61,562 bases of DNA from a virus (taxonomy: Duplodnaviria; Caudoviricetes): IMG/VR virus record IMGVR_UViG_3300012936_005865, positions 1 through 61,562 of that record. The stretch is one strand, 5' to 3'. Position 1 is the first letter of the stretch. Every line of letters begins with the position of its first letter. The position numbers were made by a program, and so were the translations under genes. Below the pieces are notes generated by a model that worked only from the letters and a program-made list of their open reading frames with translations, searched no databases and was not told the origin of the DNA. Positions 1 to 7,814 of this stretch are shown here, piece by piece.

Positions 1-76
1 CGGGTTGTTACAGAAGCGTATTCTGAAGTACATGAAAAAATCATAAATTATTATCAATCAAAAGGAGGAGAATAGG

Positions 77-463
77 ATGCAAGGCTTTGAGAGCGCTGTT
101 GATATATCGTACATTACACTTACCCAACAGAAGATGACTTTCTTGACTGCAAACTACGGTCTTTCGGCAGCGCAGGTAGAAGCCTTCGCAGATGGGCTTG
201 GCAAGGCCTATTGGTCCCATAGCGCAGAGATCGAACAGTCATGGGCGGAGTCTGGCTGGAAACCAGAGAACCCTGCTGGCGCTATGATAGAGTGTCTGGT
301 TGATGCAGATAGGCTTGAAGACTTTCTAGATGATTACGAGGCATTCTGGAAAGAATGGCTATTCAAACAGGAACTCGCATACGATCTCTATGACGTCGAT
401 ATGCCTCTTTTCCTTACGGAATATCTTCGTAAAAACAACATGACATGGTGGAACGCAGCATGA
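77..463 (+). CDS. hypothetical protein
   Basis: 128-aa ORF with GGAGG upstream; no recognisable motif. Confidence 0.7.
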   Translation: MQGFESAVDISYITLTQQKMTFLTANYGLSAAQVEAFADGLGKAYWSHSAEIEQSWAESGWKPENPAGAMIECLVDADRLEDFLDDYEAFWKEWLFKQELAYDLYDVDMPLFLTEYLRKNNMTWWNAA

Positions 464-951
464 GTTATACTCCTTTCAAACCGACAAGCCCACGAGCGAT
501 CGCAGGACTCGGGTTCCAGCAGCGCGCTTACGACGCTTTTGTTCAAAGCCACCCGGATATCAAGTTCGAGATGGTCTGGGACTACTTTGCAAAACAGCAG
601 CCGGAACTAGATTCAAAGGAACTCGCCATTCTGGAAAAGGAATGGGGCGATATAACGTATGAAGTAGATGGCGTACGACATTGGGTCGAATGTTGCTTTG
701 CAATGGGTACCCAGATTTCAAGACTCTGCGAGATGAAGCGTACTCGCTTTCTTGGAGAACGCAGGTGGTACTGTTATGGCTTCGCAGGTACCGACGACAT
801 GGTCTTTATACCGAGCATGACATGGCATAGCTACACGGCGCATATCAAGCAGGAGGATAAGTCCTGTCGTATAGTGCCACTGCGCAGTATTCGAAATCTT
901 AAAAAGGGCCGGTTAGGCATTGATAATTACTGGAAAGAGGTACACGGATGA
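445..951 (+). CDS. hypothetical protein, possibly PD-(D/E)xK nuclease-like
   Basis: G.Q..A..., GDI...VEC pattern loosely resembles a restriction-endonuclease fold; probable start at MSYT (460). Confidence 0.45.
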   Translation: MVERSMSYTPFKPTSPRAIAGLGFQQRAYDAFVQSHPDIKFEMVWDYFAKQQPELDSKELAILEKEWGDITYEVDGVRHWVECCFAMGTQISRLCEMKRTRFLGERRWYCYGFAGTDDMVFIPSMTWHSYTAHIKQEDKSCRIVPLRSIRNLKKGRLGIDNYWKEVHG

Positions 952-1049
952 GTCTAGGTGGAATCATATTTATTGTCCTGTTAGCGTGGGCTATCGGAGA
1001 CACCGTAAAGAACATCAAGAACAGAGGGGATAAGAATGACAATGATTGA
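948..1049 (+). CDS. small membrane peptide (33 aa, MSLGGIIFIVLLAWAIG...)
   Basis: Read manually; GAGG RBS, ATGA overlap with upstream stop, one hydrophobic helix. Confidence 0.5.
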   Translation: MSLGGIIFIVLLAWAIGDTVKNIKNRGDKNDND

Positions 1050-1110
1050 GTGGGGAGCCATAATATTACTGGCTGCTGGATTGATTACCGTCGCGATGGG
1101 AGATGAATGA
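1036..1110 (+). CDS. small membrane peptide (24 aa, MTMIEWGAIILLAAGLITVAMGDE)
   Basis: Read manually; GAGGGG RBS; stop overlaps next ATG. Confidence 0.45.
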   Translation: MTMIEWGAIILLAAGLITVAMGDE

Positions 1111-1682
1111 TCTGGTTTATGGGGTTGGCCATGGCTGAGGAAACTGTGCTGTTTGACGATCTTCGAACGGCCGAGGACATATCATATAGCGAGCAGACTA
1201 TCTATCGCCAGAGAGCGCAAAGCGCCATGATTAGGAGGCTTGCAAAGAAGTATCGTGTGGTCGGAGACCATAACTTTATACCCGAGATGGAAAAGTCCGA
1301 CAAGAGCATGAACTGTGTGAACGCGAACTGTGCACTGAACATGGCTCGGGATCTCGGGATGAATTGGCTTGTCACGTCTGATTGGACCGATGGATACTTG
1401 TCGGTAACTCTTCTGAACGTGAAAGCCAATAAACCCGTGTGTTCCGATATGCGGGGGCCGGAGGGGAGGAGTTTACTACTCACCTACGAGCCTGATCCTA
1501 TCATCGACTGCCTGAACAAGCGCGCCGCCTGGCTACCCCAGGTGCGCCTCCCGGGGCTCCCGGAGGTGTGGGTCGAGCCGCCTTCGGCGGAGAATGTGCG
1601 TGATGTCGCGATCGCCGCGGCGGTGATTGCGCCGATCCTATATATATTCGTCGACAACTTTTCAAACATCGCGGAGAAGTAA
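1107..1682 (+). CDS. putative exported/membrane-anchored protein
   Basis: Short signal-like N-terminus (MIWFMGLAMA-EE) and C-terminal hydrophobic helix (VAIAAAVIAPILYIFV). Confidence 0.6.
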   Translation: MIWFMGLAMAEETVLFDDLRTAEDISYSEQTIYRQRAQSAMIRRLAKKYRVVGDHNFIPEMEKSDKSMNCVNANCALNMARDLGMNWLVTSDWTDGYLSVTLLNVKANKPVCSDMRGPEGRSLLLTYEPDPIIDCLNKRAAWLPQVRLPGLPEVWVEPPSAENVRDVAIAAAVIAPILYIFVDNFSNIAEK

Positions 1683-1955
1683 ATGTTGCTAACCATAAAA
1701 GAGTCAATTCTGGTGAAAGCCTTTCGAGCTGATAAAATAGGACAGATTGGAACAATCGTTGGAGTAAGCCTTGCACAGGATTTCGATGACGACGGGCTTT
1801 CACAAGTTGTTTATATATTCGACATCATGTGGCCGAACGGTGTCTTTGAAAAACACCGGCATAGTGAGTTCGTGGTTCTTGACGACGAGGAAAATCCCAA
1901 CGCGGTTTGGGACTGGCTGCAAAAAGAGATGAAAAATTCCCGGGGAAAAATTTGA
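1683..1955 (+). CDS. small SH3/KOW-like hypothetical protein
   Basis: IGTIVG...FDIMWPNG pattern shared with the small beta-barrel family of this window. Confidence 0.55.
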   Translation: MLLTIKESILVKAFRADKIGQIGTIVGVSLAQDFDDDGLSQVVYIFDIMWPNGVFEKHRHSEFVVLDDEENPNAVWDWLQKEMKNSRGKI

Positions 1956-1980
1956 ACATCAAAAGCTAAATTTGTATAAT
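1952..1980 (+). promoter_or_regulatory. sigma70-type promoter TTGAAC-N17-TATAAT
   Basis: 17-bp spacing, followed by AGGAGG and ATG at 1999. Confidence 0.65.
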
Positions 1981-1998
1981 GTTATCGTAGGAGGATTT

Positions 1999-2151
1999 AT
2001 GAAAGACAATGGAAGACCCAAACTGGGCTATTCAAATATTTACTGGACTATAATAGACCGTAAAGAAAGAAAAAAGCCGATTGTTGTTGAAGAAGAAGTG
2101 TTAGAGGATCCAATCGTTATTCCTCTAGAGGGTACACATGACCAGATATAA
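1999..2151 (+). CDS. hypothetical protein (50 aa, MKDNGRPKLGYSNIYW...)
   Basis: Read manually; AGGAGG RBS directly downstream of promoter. Confidence 0.6.
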   Translation: MKDNGRPKLGYSNIYWTIIDRKERKKPIVVEEEVLEDPIVIPLEGTHDQI

Positions 2152-2347
2152 GAAAGGCCAACAAATCGTTGCTAGAGAAGAACTGTGGAGTCGTACACAT
2201 AAAGTCCTTCGCGGAACGGAAGGTATTGTTATCAACATTTGTAAAAGATACAAAATCGGTCTTCATTCATATCAGCTATATGACGTCATATTCAATTGCG
2301 GAACAAGAGCAACAGTCAAATCGGAGAACATCAAGGAGAAGTTATGA
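2138..2347 (+). CDS. small SH3/KOW-like protein
   Basis: YKKGQQI...GIV...YDVIFNCG; paralog of next ORF. Confidence 0.65.
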   Translation: MTRYKKGQQIVAREELWSRTHKVLRGTEGIVINICKRYKIGLHSYQLYDVIFNCGTRATVKSENIKEKL

Positions 2348-2571
2348 TACCAGACAATAAATGGAAACCCGGGGACAGGGTCAAAACCAACGCAACGATT
2401 AGAACCGTTAATTGTGTTATACCGTACTCTGTCGCAGGAACAATCATGCAAGTATCAGATAGAAAAAATCTAAATGGTCAATACTTGTACGATATTATAT
2501 TTGATGACGGCCAAAGAGCCACGATTCAGGCTTTTGATCTTACAGACGAAAAATATAAGTTGCCTTTTTAG
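2344..2571 (+). CDS. small SH3/KOW-like protein
   Basis: WKPGDRV...GTI...YDIIFDDG; AAGGAG RBS, ATGA overlap. Confidence 0.65.
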   Translation: MIPDNKWKPGDRVKTNATIRTVNCVIPYSVAGTIMQVSDRKNLNGQYLYDIIFDDGQRATIQAFDLTDEKYKLPF

Positions 2572-2580
2572 GAGATTGAA

Positions 2581-2772
2581 ATGTTAGAATGGATAAAAAA
2601 AATATTCGGAATCAAGTCCGAACTTGAAAGGAAGCAAGAACAAATTAGAAAATTGCACAAAAAAGCTTTTGACGCGCAAAGGATAGGCGACTTGTCTCTG
2701 GCCGGCAAGTATCAGAAAGAAGCGAATGTTATTGCAGAGAGCATTCGAGAGGACGAACATGAAGAAGGGTGA
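2581..2772 (+). CDS. small helical hypothetical protein
   Basis: 63-aa ORF with AGGAG RBS; coiled-coil-like. Confidence 0.65.
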   Translation: MLEWIKKIFGIKSELERKQEQIRKLHKKAFDAQRIGDLSLAGKYQKEANVIAESIREDEHEEG

Positions 2773-2968
2773 TTTGTGGGTTGAATGGAGACGCTCGGAT
2801 CAACTTGTATTATTAGAAATTACTTCTATTTTTTGGCTAGGAAAAACCCAACATGTTGAAGGGATATTTGTTTCTGGTCCGGTGATGGGAAAATCAAAGT
2901 CTTGGGACTGGAGAATGTTTGAAAGAAGATTCAAAAAACTCAATATGTTCAATGAGGAGAAAGTATGA
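2759..2968 (+). CDS. small SH3/KOW-like protein (MKKGDLW...)
   Basis: MKxGDL N-terminus, GAGG RBS. Confidence 0.6.
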   Translation: MKKGDLWVEWRRSDQLVLLEITSIFWLGKTQHVEGIFVSGPVMGKSKSWDWRMFERRFKKLNMFNEEKV

Positions 2969-3306
2969 AAACTTTTATTGCTGGCGCAATGTTCGCAGCT
3001 GCTCAAGTTTTGGCTTGGTTCCAGTCTAATTCTGGCATCATAGGTGGCTGGATGGCACAGAACTACATCTACGTAGCTATCGTATTTGGGCCTATAGTAT
3101 CGCTACTATTCGCTGTTGGTACTAAAATGATGTATAATGAAGGAATTACATTGTGGTCAATTAGGTTTCTTACCTTCGGTCTAGGCTACCTTGTTTTTAT
3201 TCCGTTGACTTGGTATTTCTTAGGGGAGGAAATTCTTACCGTCAAAAACGTTCTTTCCTTTCTCTTGTGTGTCGCTCTTATCTCTACACAATTCTTCATG
3301 AAGTAA
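2965..3306 (+). CDS. small multi-pass membrane protein (DMT/EamA/SMR-like)
   Basis: Four hydrophobic segments; FLGE..T...LG/S pattern typical of DMT-superfamily C-termini. Confidence 0.6.
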   Translation: MKTFIAGAMFAAAQVLAWFQSNSGIIGGWMAQNYIYVAIVFGPIVSLLFAVGTKMMYNEGITLWSIRFLTFGLGYLVFIPLTWYFLGEEILTVKNVLSFLLCVALISTQFFMK

Positions 3307-3309
3307 AAC

Positions 3310-3510
3310 ATGACCATTGGAAGCCTAGTAAGAAGAAAAGAAAACGAATGGGAAAAGCATAACCCGTGGATGAAAAAATGGCAGAACGCTGACGAAGTCG
3401 GAATTATTGTTCGGGTTGGAAAGTCAGGATACTGGGATTATGAAGTGTACTGGACCAATGGTGTCTGGACTCATGATGAATCGGAATTAGAGGAAGTAAA
3501 TGAAAATTGA
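3310..3510 (+). CDS. small SH3/KOW-like protein
   Basis: MTIGSLV...VGIIV...YEVYW...ELEEVNEN. Confidence 0.65.
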   Translation: MTIGSLVRRKENEWEKHNPWMKKWQNADEVGIIVRVGKSGYWDYEVYWTNGVWTHDESELEEVNEN

Positions 3511-3694
3511 ATGTGGCGATTTATACAGAGTAAAACTTACAGGAACACATAGCCCTTGTCAATTTGGGGCTTACGTCGTTCTAATAGAGAGATTACGCGA
3601 GAGCCAATATTGGTCTGCCACAAATCTAAATACTGGGAACTGGCATCATTACAGGATAACAGATTTGGAATTTATTGCAAAAGGAAAAAAATGA
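3500..3694 (+). CDS. small SH3/KOW-like protein
   Basis: MKIECGDL...DLEFI; overlaps neighbours. Confidence 0.6.
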   Translation: MKIECGDLYRVKLTGTHSPCQFGAYVVLIERLRESQYWSATNLNTGNWHHYRITDLEFIAKGKK

Positions 3695-3900
3695 AAGTAG
3701 GTGACTTGGTAAAATACAAAGACCGATACAAAGAAACAATTGGAATTATTGTAAACCTGCAGGATGTTATGAAACATGACATAGGTCATATGCCACACTC
3801 TAGTCGAGAAGTAACTGTGTCATGGACCTCAGATGATGGAAGCATTTGGGTCTCTAATGAAGATGACAATGAACTAGAGGTCGTGAATGAAGGTCGGTGA
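3691..3900 (+). CDS. small SH3/KOW-like protein
   Basis: MKVGDLVKY...IGIIV...VTVSW...ELEVVNEGR. Confidence 0.65.
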   Translation: MKVGDLVKYKDRYKETIGIIVNLQDVMKHDIGHMPHSSREVTVSWTSDDGSIWVSNEDDNELEVVNEGR

Positions 3901-4048
3901 TTTGGTAAGATGTATATTTACAGGTGAACTACTTCTCATAACATCTCCGGAGGATCCTGGAGGATATCATGATGTTTGGTTTATCGTAAGAGAAAAGGAA
4001 TACCTTATGCCTAAAGAACACCTGGAGGTGATTAGTGAAAGTCGGTGA
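3887..4048 (+). CDS. small SH3/KOW-like protein (53 aa; not in ORF track)
   Basis: Manual translation MKVGDLVRCIFTGELLLITSPEDPGGYHDVWFIVREKEYLMPKEHLEVISESR. Confidence 0.65.
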   Translation: MKVGDLVRCIFTGELLLITSPEDPGGYHDVWFIVREKEYLMPKEHLEVISESR

Positions 4049-4232
4049 CCTTGTAGTAAGATGGTGGTGCAATAAACCACTATGGAGAATGATTGGAATT
4101 ATAACAGAAGTGCACTATCAAAACGACCAGCGTGAAAATAAATTCGTGGTATATTGGAGTAGCCAAACAATAAAAAAGCAGCGTGACCGGTGGAGTTGCA
4201 GAGAAATAAAAAAAGTTAATGAAGCCAGGTGA
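4035..4232 (+). CDS. small SH3/KOW-like protein
   Basis: GTG start, KVGDLV...IGIIT...VVYW; GGAGG RBS. Confidence 0.65.
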   Translation: MKVGDLVVRWWCNKPLWRMIGIITEVHYQNDQRENKFVVYWSSQTIKKQRDRWSCREIKKVNEAR

Positions 4233-4431
4233 TTTGGTTTGGCGGAAAGAATTATATCTGAGCGGGAGGAAACATAAGCTTCCAGCTGGGCCAGTTCTTC
4301 TGTTGCAGCAAATTAATTCAAACGAATGTTGGTTGGCGAACATGGGTATCTATACATGGAAGGTTCTGGATACAAATGGCCAAATTATGCAGTATACAAC
4401 CATACAGTTGACTTGCGAGTGGCCTTGTTAA
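4219..4431 (+). CDS. small SH3/KOW-like protein
   Basis: MKPGDLVW N-terminus. Confidence 0.6.
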   Translation: MKPGDLVWRKELYLSGRKHKLPAGPVLLLQQINSNECWLANMGIYTWKVLDTNGQIMQYTTIQLTCEWPC

Positions 4432-5375
4432 AATGGCATCCCTTCAGGAGGTTCTTGCTCCGGTGCGTATGGGTCAATTCCTTGTCGATATAATTCCACG
4501 TTTCTCATAAATATTTCTGGATCTAATGCTGGCGGAATCTTGGGAATTTCTGATATGGGGACCATCTTGTCTCCGTTTTCCATTACAACCCAAACCGGCA
4601 ACCCGGTCGACTCTGCGTCTTCTCTTATGAAATATCCCAGCGATTCATATCGATCGAATAGATCGCCTATGTTTATATAAATTCCAATCGGTTCCCAATT
4701 ATCCAACAATGTTTCTGCTGACCAAGTCCATTTTTTTGTACCATCGATCGCGCGATACTTGTATCCGGACTTTCCGGCACGTTTTGCAATCCCAGAAGAT
4801 CGTTGATGTTTTATTAGACCAGGAGGGAGCGAGCCTAAAGTTTGAGACATTACGTCTACCTTGGAGACAAGAACCGGATAGCCTTTCATAAAGAAGCCAC
4901 TTTCAAAAGCATAGGCTCGAGCATTATCTCCCTCTTTGCCTGGAGCGGTTCCAAGAGGTTTTGACCATGCAACGGTCGATATCACGTCATTGTTTTTCGA
5001 CCCATATTTTTTCAACCAATCAGTAAATATAGTTTTTGATAGTTTTCCAGGGTTTTTTTGGCCAACAAAGGCTGCAGTACCTGAATAAAGTATTGAATGC
5101 GCACAAGTCACATTTCCTTTTCCGGTCATAAAGTCTTGAATCAATTTTTGACCCTCTGGCGTTGATCTGAGCTTAGCTTGATAGTCTTGCAATCCTTTTC
5201 TTTCTTCTTCAATGTCTTTCTTGTCCTGAAGACCTAGGGCTCTCCAGGTTCTATTGTCCGGAACTCCATATCCCATCAGTTCCCACTCTTCTTCGAGCTC
5301 GGCTCTTTTTGCCAGGTCTTCTTTCGAAAGTTCATATACTTCTAACAATATCTGTCTTACTATTTCTCTGATCAT
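4428..5375 (-). CDS. hypothetical protein with N-terminal IREIVRQILLE tag; paralog of 5384..6244
   Basis: Start re-assigned to MIREIV (GAGG RBS); shares AHSI, ISTV.W, MKGYPV, DVMSQTLG, ETLLDNW with neighbour. Confidence 0.75.
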   Translation of the reverse strand: MIREIVRQILLEVYELSKEDLAKRAELEEEWELMGYGVPDNRTWRALGLQDKKDIEEERKGLQDYQAKLRSTPEGQKLIQDFMTGKGNVTCAHSILYSGTAAFVGQKNPGKLSKTIFTDWLKKYGSKNNDVISTVAWSKPLGTAPGKEGDNARAYAFESGFFMKGYPVLVSKVDVMSQTLGSLPPGLIKHQRSSGIAKRAGKSGYKYRAIDGTKKWTWSAETLLDNWEPIGIYINIGDLFDRYESLGYFIREDAESTGLPVWVVMENGDKMVPISEIPKIPPALDPEIFMRNVELYRQGIDPYAPEQEPPEGMPF

Positions 5376-5383
5376 GTCAACCT

Positions 5384-6244
5384 CTATGTAAAAAACTGTT
5401 CGTAAAGACCATCGCCATCGTCTTCCCATTCGTCATCACTGATCCATTCTGTCTCGAGATAGTTGCCGGTATCATCGATTATCCAACCTGGCAGCCCGGT
5501 GCTTTTGGCATCAAGAATTATATCCACGGCTGTCATTACTGGAAGATCCCACAGGTAGTTTAGACTCATGTAACATCCAATTGGCGTCCAATTATCTAGT
5601 AATGTTTCTCCAGACCATTGCCAGTTGTCTTGACCATAAAGTGCGCCACTCAAATCCCCTGTTCTTTTCGCTATCCCGGAAGATATTTGATGTGCTTCTA
5701 GGTCAACAGGTATTCCTCCTAGAGTTTGTGACATTACGTCATGACTAGAAACATAGACTGGGTATCCTTTCATCATGAATCCAAAACTACTTAGCGCTTG
5801 CCAATTATCTCCTCTTTCCTCAAGTGGTCCATTTCCTAAGGATTCTGTCCAAGAAACTGTCGATATCACGTTTCTGCTTTTTGAACCGTATTTACTGAGC
5901 CATTTTGTAAAAGGATTGGTTTGTTTTTTGTCATAATTTTCTTTTGAACCGACGTTAACAGCAAATCCTTCGTACATAATAGAATGAGCGACAGATATTT
6001 TGCCTTTTCCGGAAGTAAAATCCTTGATCATTTGAAGGCCTGCTGGATTTTTCTTAAGATTTCTTTGATACACTTGCAACAAGGCTCTTTCATGTGCGAT
6101 TTCATAAGGGTGTTGCAGTCCAAGAGCTCGAGCATAGTCTCCATCTTTTCCCCAGAATTCCTCAATCTCTCGCCTCTCTTCCTTTTCTTCTGTGGACATC
6201 TTGTAAACTTCACGAAGCGTACGTCTTATTAGTTGTCTGATCAT
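5384..6244 (-). CDS. hypothetical protein with N-terminal IRQLIRRTLRE tag; paralog of 4428..5375
   Basis: AGGAG RBS; conserved blocks as above. Confidence 0.75.
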   Translation of the reverse strand: MIRQLIRRTLREVYKMSTEEKEERREIEEFWGKDGDYARALGLQHPYEIAHERALLQVYQRNLKKNPAGLQMIKDFTSGKGKISVAHSIMYEGFAVNVGSKENYDKKQTNPFTKWLSKYGSKSRNVISTVSWTESLGNGPLEERGDNWQALSSFGFMMKGYPVYVSSHDVMSQTLGGIPVDLEAHQISSGIAKRTGDLSGALYGQDNWQWSGETLLDNWTPIGCYMSLNYLWDLPVMTAVDIILDAKSTGLPGWIIDDTGNYLETEWISDDEWEDDGDGLYEQFFT

Positions 6245-6330
6245 AGTTACTCCTGTTGTGAATAATTATATACATAAAGAGGTATGTGCTCACATATTTT
6301 CACCGCGTGTATATCCTCCCGGGAGCTCAA

Positions 6331-6522
6331 ATGAAAATTGGTGATCTTGTTACTGTGTATGATAGAGGTGTATATACTGACAACGATATATACGGTATCG
6401 TGGTTGGTTTTGAGAATGACAACAAGTCTTATGTAAAAGTTTTTTCTTTAGGCAGAATTATAACAATAATGAACTTTGATTTAGACGTTATATCTCCTGC
6501 AAAAACAAAAATAAACATTTAG
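6331..6522 (+). CDS. small SH3/KOW-like protein
   Basis: MKIGDLV...YGIVV...VKVF; GGAG RBS. Confidence 0.6.
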   Translation: MKIGDLVTVYDRGVYTDNDIYGIVVGFENDNKSYVKVFSLGRIITIMNFDLDVISPAKTKINI

Positions 6523-6555
6523 TCTGTATATTTAGTGTTTTGAATGGAGAAAAAA

Positions 6556-6903
6556 ATGAAAATTACCAGAAGACAGCTCAGAAGAATCATCAAAGAATCT
6601 TTGCTGAAAGAATCTCTTTCAAGAAGAGTTAGTGATATGCTTAATCGTGAATATGAAATTGTGGATGATCAAACTAGTTATCCGTATGGTCGAAATCGGG
6701 GTGACGTTAGAAGCACAACAACTTATGTAAGAAAAGATGGTGGACTTGTTCCGGAACAGGATATGGAGTTGCTTAGAGCTCGAGATAAAGATATCAGGGA
6801 CAGCGGAGGTATTATGGCTGCATTAGGCGGCGTATATACGTCAATCCTATCTCCGGATGGATATTCAATAATAATCAAGTACTATAAACATACATCGGGA
6901 TAA
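6556..6903 (+). CDS. hypothetical protein with MKITRRQLRRIIKE tag
   Basis: GGAG RBS before ATG 6556; shared N-terminal motif. Confidence 0.75.
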   Translation: MKITRRQLRRIIKESLLKESLSRRVSDMLNREYEIVDDQTSYPYGRNRGDVRSTTTYVRKDGGLVPEQDMELLRARDKDIRDSGGIMAALGGVYTSILSPDGYSIIIKYYKHTSG

Positions 6904-6906
6904 ACA

Positions 6907-7020
6907 ATGAAAAAAAGATCGTCGGTAAAAAAAATATGCGACAAATGCAAAATAATAAAAAGAAGAGGCACGGTCCGCGTTGTTTGTATAAACCCTAGAC
7001 ATAACCAAAGGCAGGGATAA
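6907..7020 (+). CDS. rpmJ: 50S ribosomal protein bL36 (zinc-binding C+ type)
   Basis: Manual translation [37 protein letters not shown]: 37 aa, CxxC...C...H ligands, terminal QRQG as in bacterial L36. Confidence 0.95.
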   Translation: MKKRSSVKKICDKCKIIKRRGTVRVVCINPRHNQRQG

Positions 7021-7021
7021 A

Positions 7022-7411
7022 ATGAAAATAACAAAAAGACAATTAAAAAGAATTATCAAAGAAGAATATAGCGCGCTAAAAAGAAACGCAATGATTCGTG
7101 AGAGTATCGATCCAGTAACTGGGATCGGCTCCCAGGAAGCCGATGAAGCAATATATGATTACATGGAGTCGTATGCCGAAATATTTGCCAGCGAAGCTGT
7201 AGAACACTATATTTTGGGCCCTGCGGTTTTACAGGGAGACATATCTATGATAGCTCAATACATAGATAGACTCGAGTCTTTCAATGAAATGCTTCGCATG
7301 TTGAAATATGATGGAGTTATTGTAAGCGCTCGTTATCTCAAACAAACACTACAAGAATCCCCATTTTTTGATATGATGATTGAATCCGCTCAGGATATGA
7401 TGGAATATTAA
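7022..7411 (+). CDS. hypothetical protein with MKITKRQLKRIIKEE tag
   Basis: Shared N-terminal motif; acidic body. Confidence 0.75.
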   Translation: MKITKRQLKRIIKEEYSALKRNAMIRESIDPVTGIGSQEADEAIYDYMESYAEIFASEAVEHYILGPAVLQGDISMIAQYIDRLESFNEMLRMLKYDGVIVSARYLKQTLQESPFFDMMIESAQDMMEY

Positions 7412-7412
7412 A

Positions 7413-7811
7413 ATGAAAATAACAAGACGACAACTTAGAAGAATCATTAGAGAAGCTGTAGATATGCAACAGCAACCATACAAGGCAATAAGGGCCGCAA
7501 AGTCCCAGATTCAGCTTTTAGAAAATGATCTTGATGAACTCGCAAGATCTATGGCCGGCGAATCTGATATGGAAGAATTAGAAATAAAATGGCACATGTA
7601 TCAAACGGCTCTATCAGAACTACAAAAGCTTACTAACGATCTACACAAAATATACAAGAAAAAAATATTAAATCCAAGACTTAATAAAGCTGCTGAATAC
7701 GGGAAAGCAAAAAAGGCCGCAAGAAAAGCTAGGACCCAAAGTATTCGAGACGAAGAAATAAAAATGCCCGATAAAGAAGCATATAATATGGATGACCATT
7801 TCTGGGGATAA
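7413..7811 (+). CDS. coiled-coil hypothetical protein with MKITRRQLRRIIRE tag
   Basis: Shared N-terminal motif; helical heptads. Confidence 0.75.
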   Translation: MKITRRQLRRIIREAVDMQQQPYKAIRAAKSQIQLLENDLDELARSMAGESDMEELEIKWHMYQTALSELQKLTNDLHKIYKKKILNPRLNKAAEYGKAKKAARKARTQSIRDEEIKMPDKEAYNMDDHFWG

Positions 7812-7814
7812 AAT

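Noticed and set aside
6865-7059. Minus-strand hydrophobic 64-aa ORF
   Set aside because: Antisense to rpmJ and adjacent tagged genes
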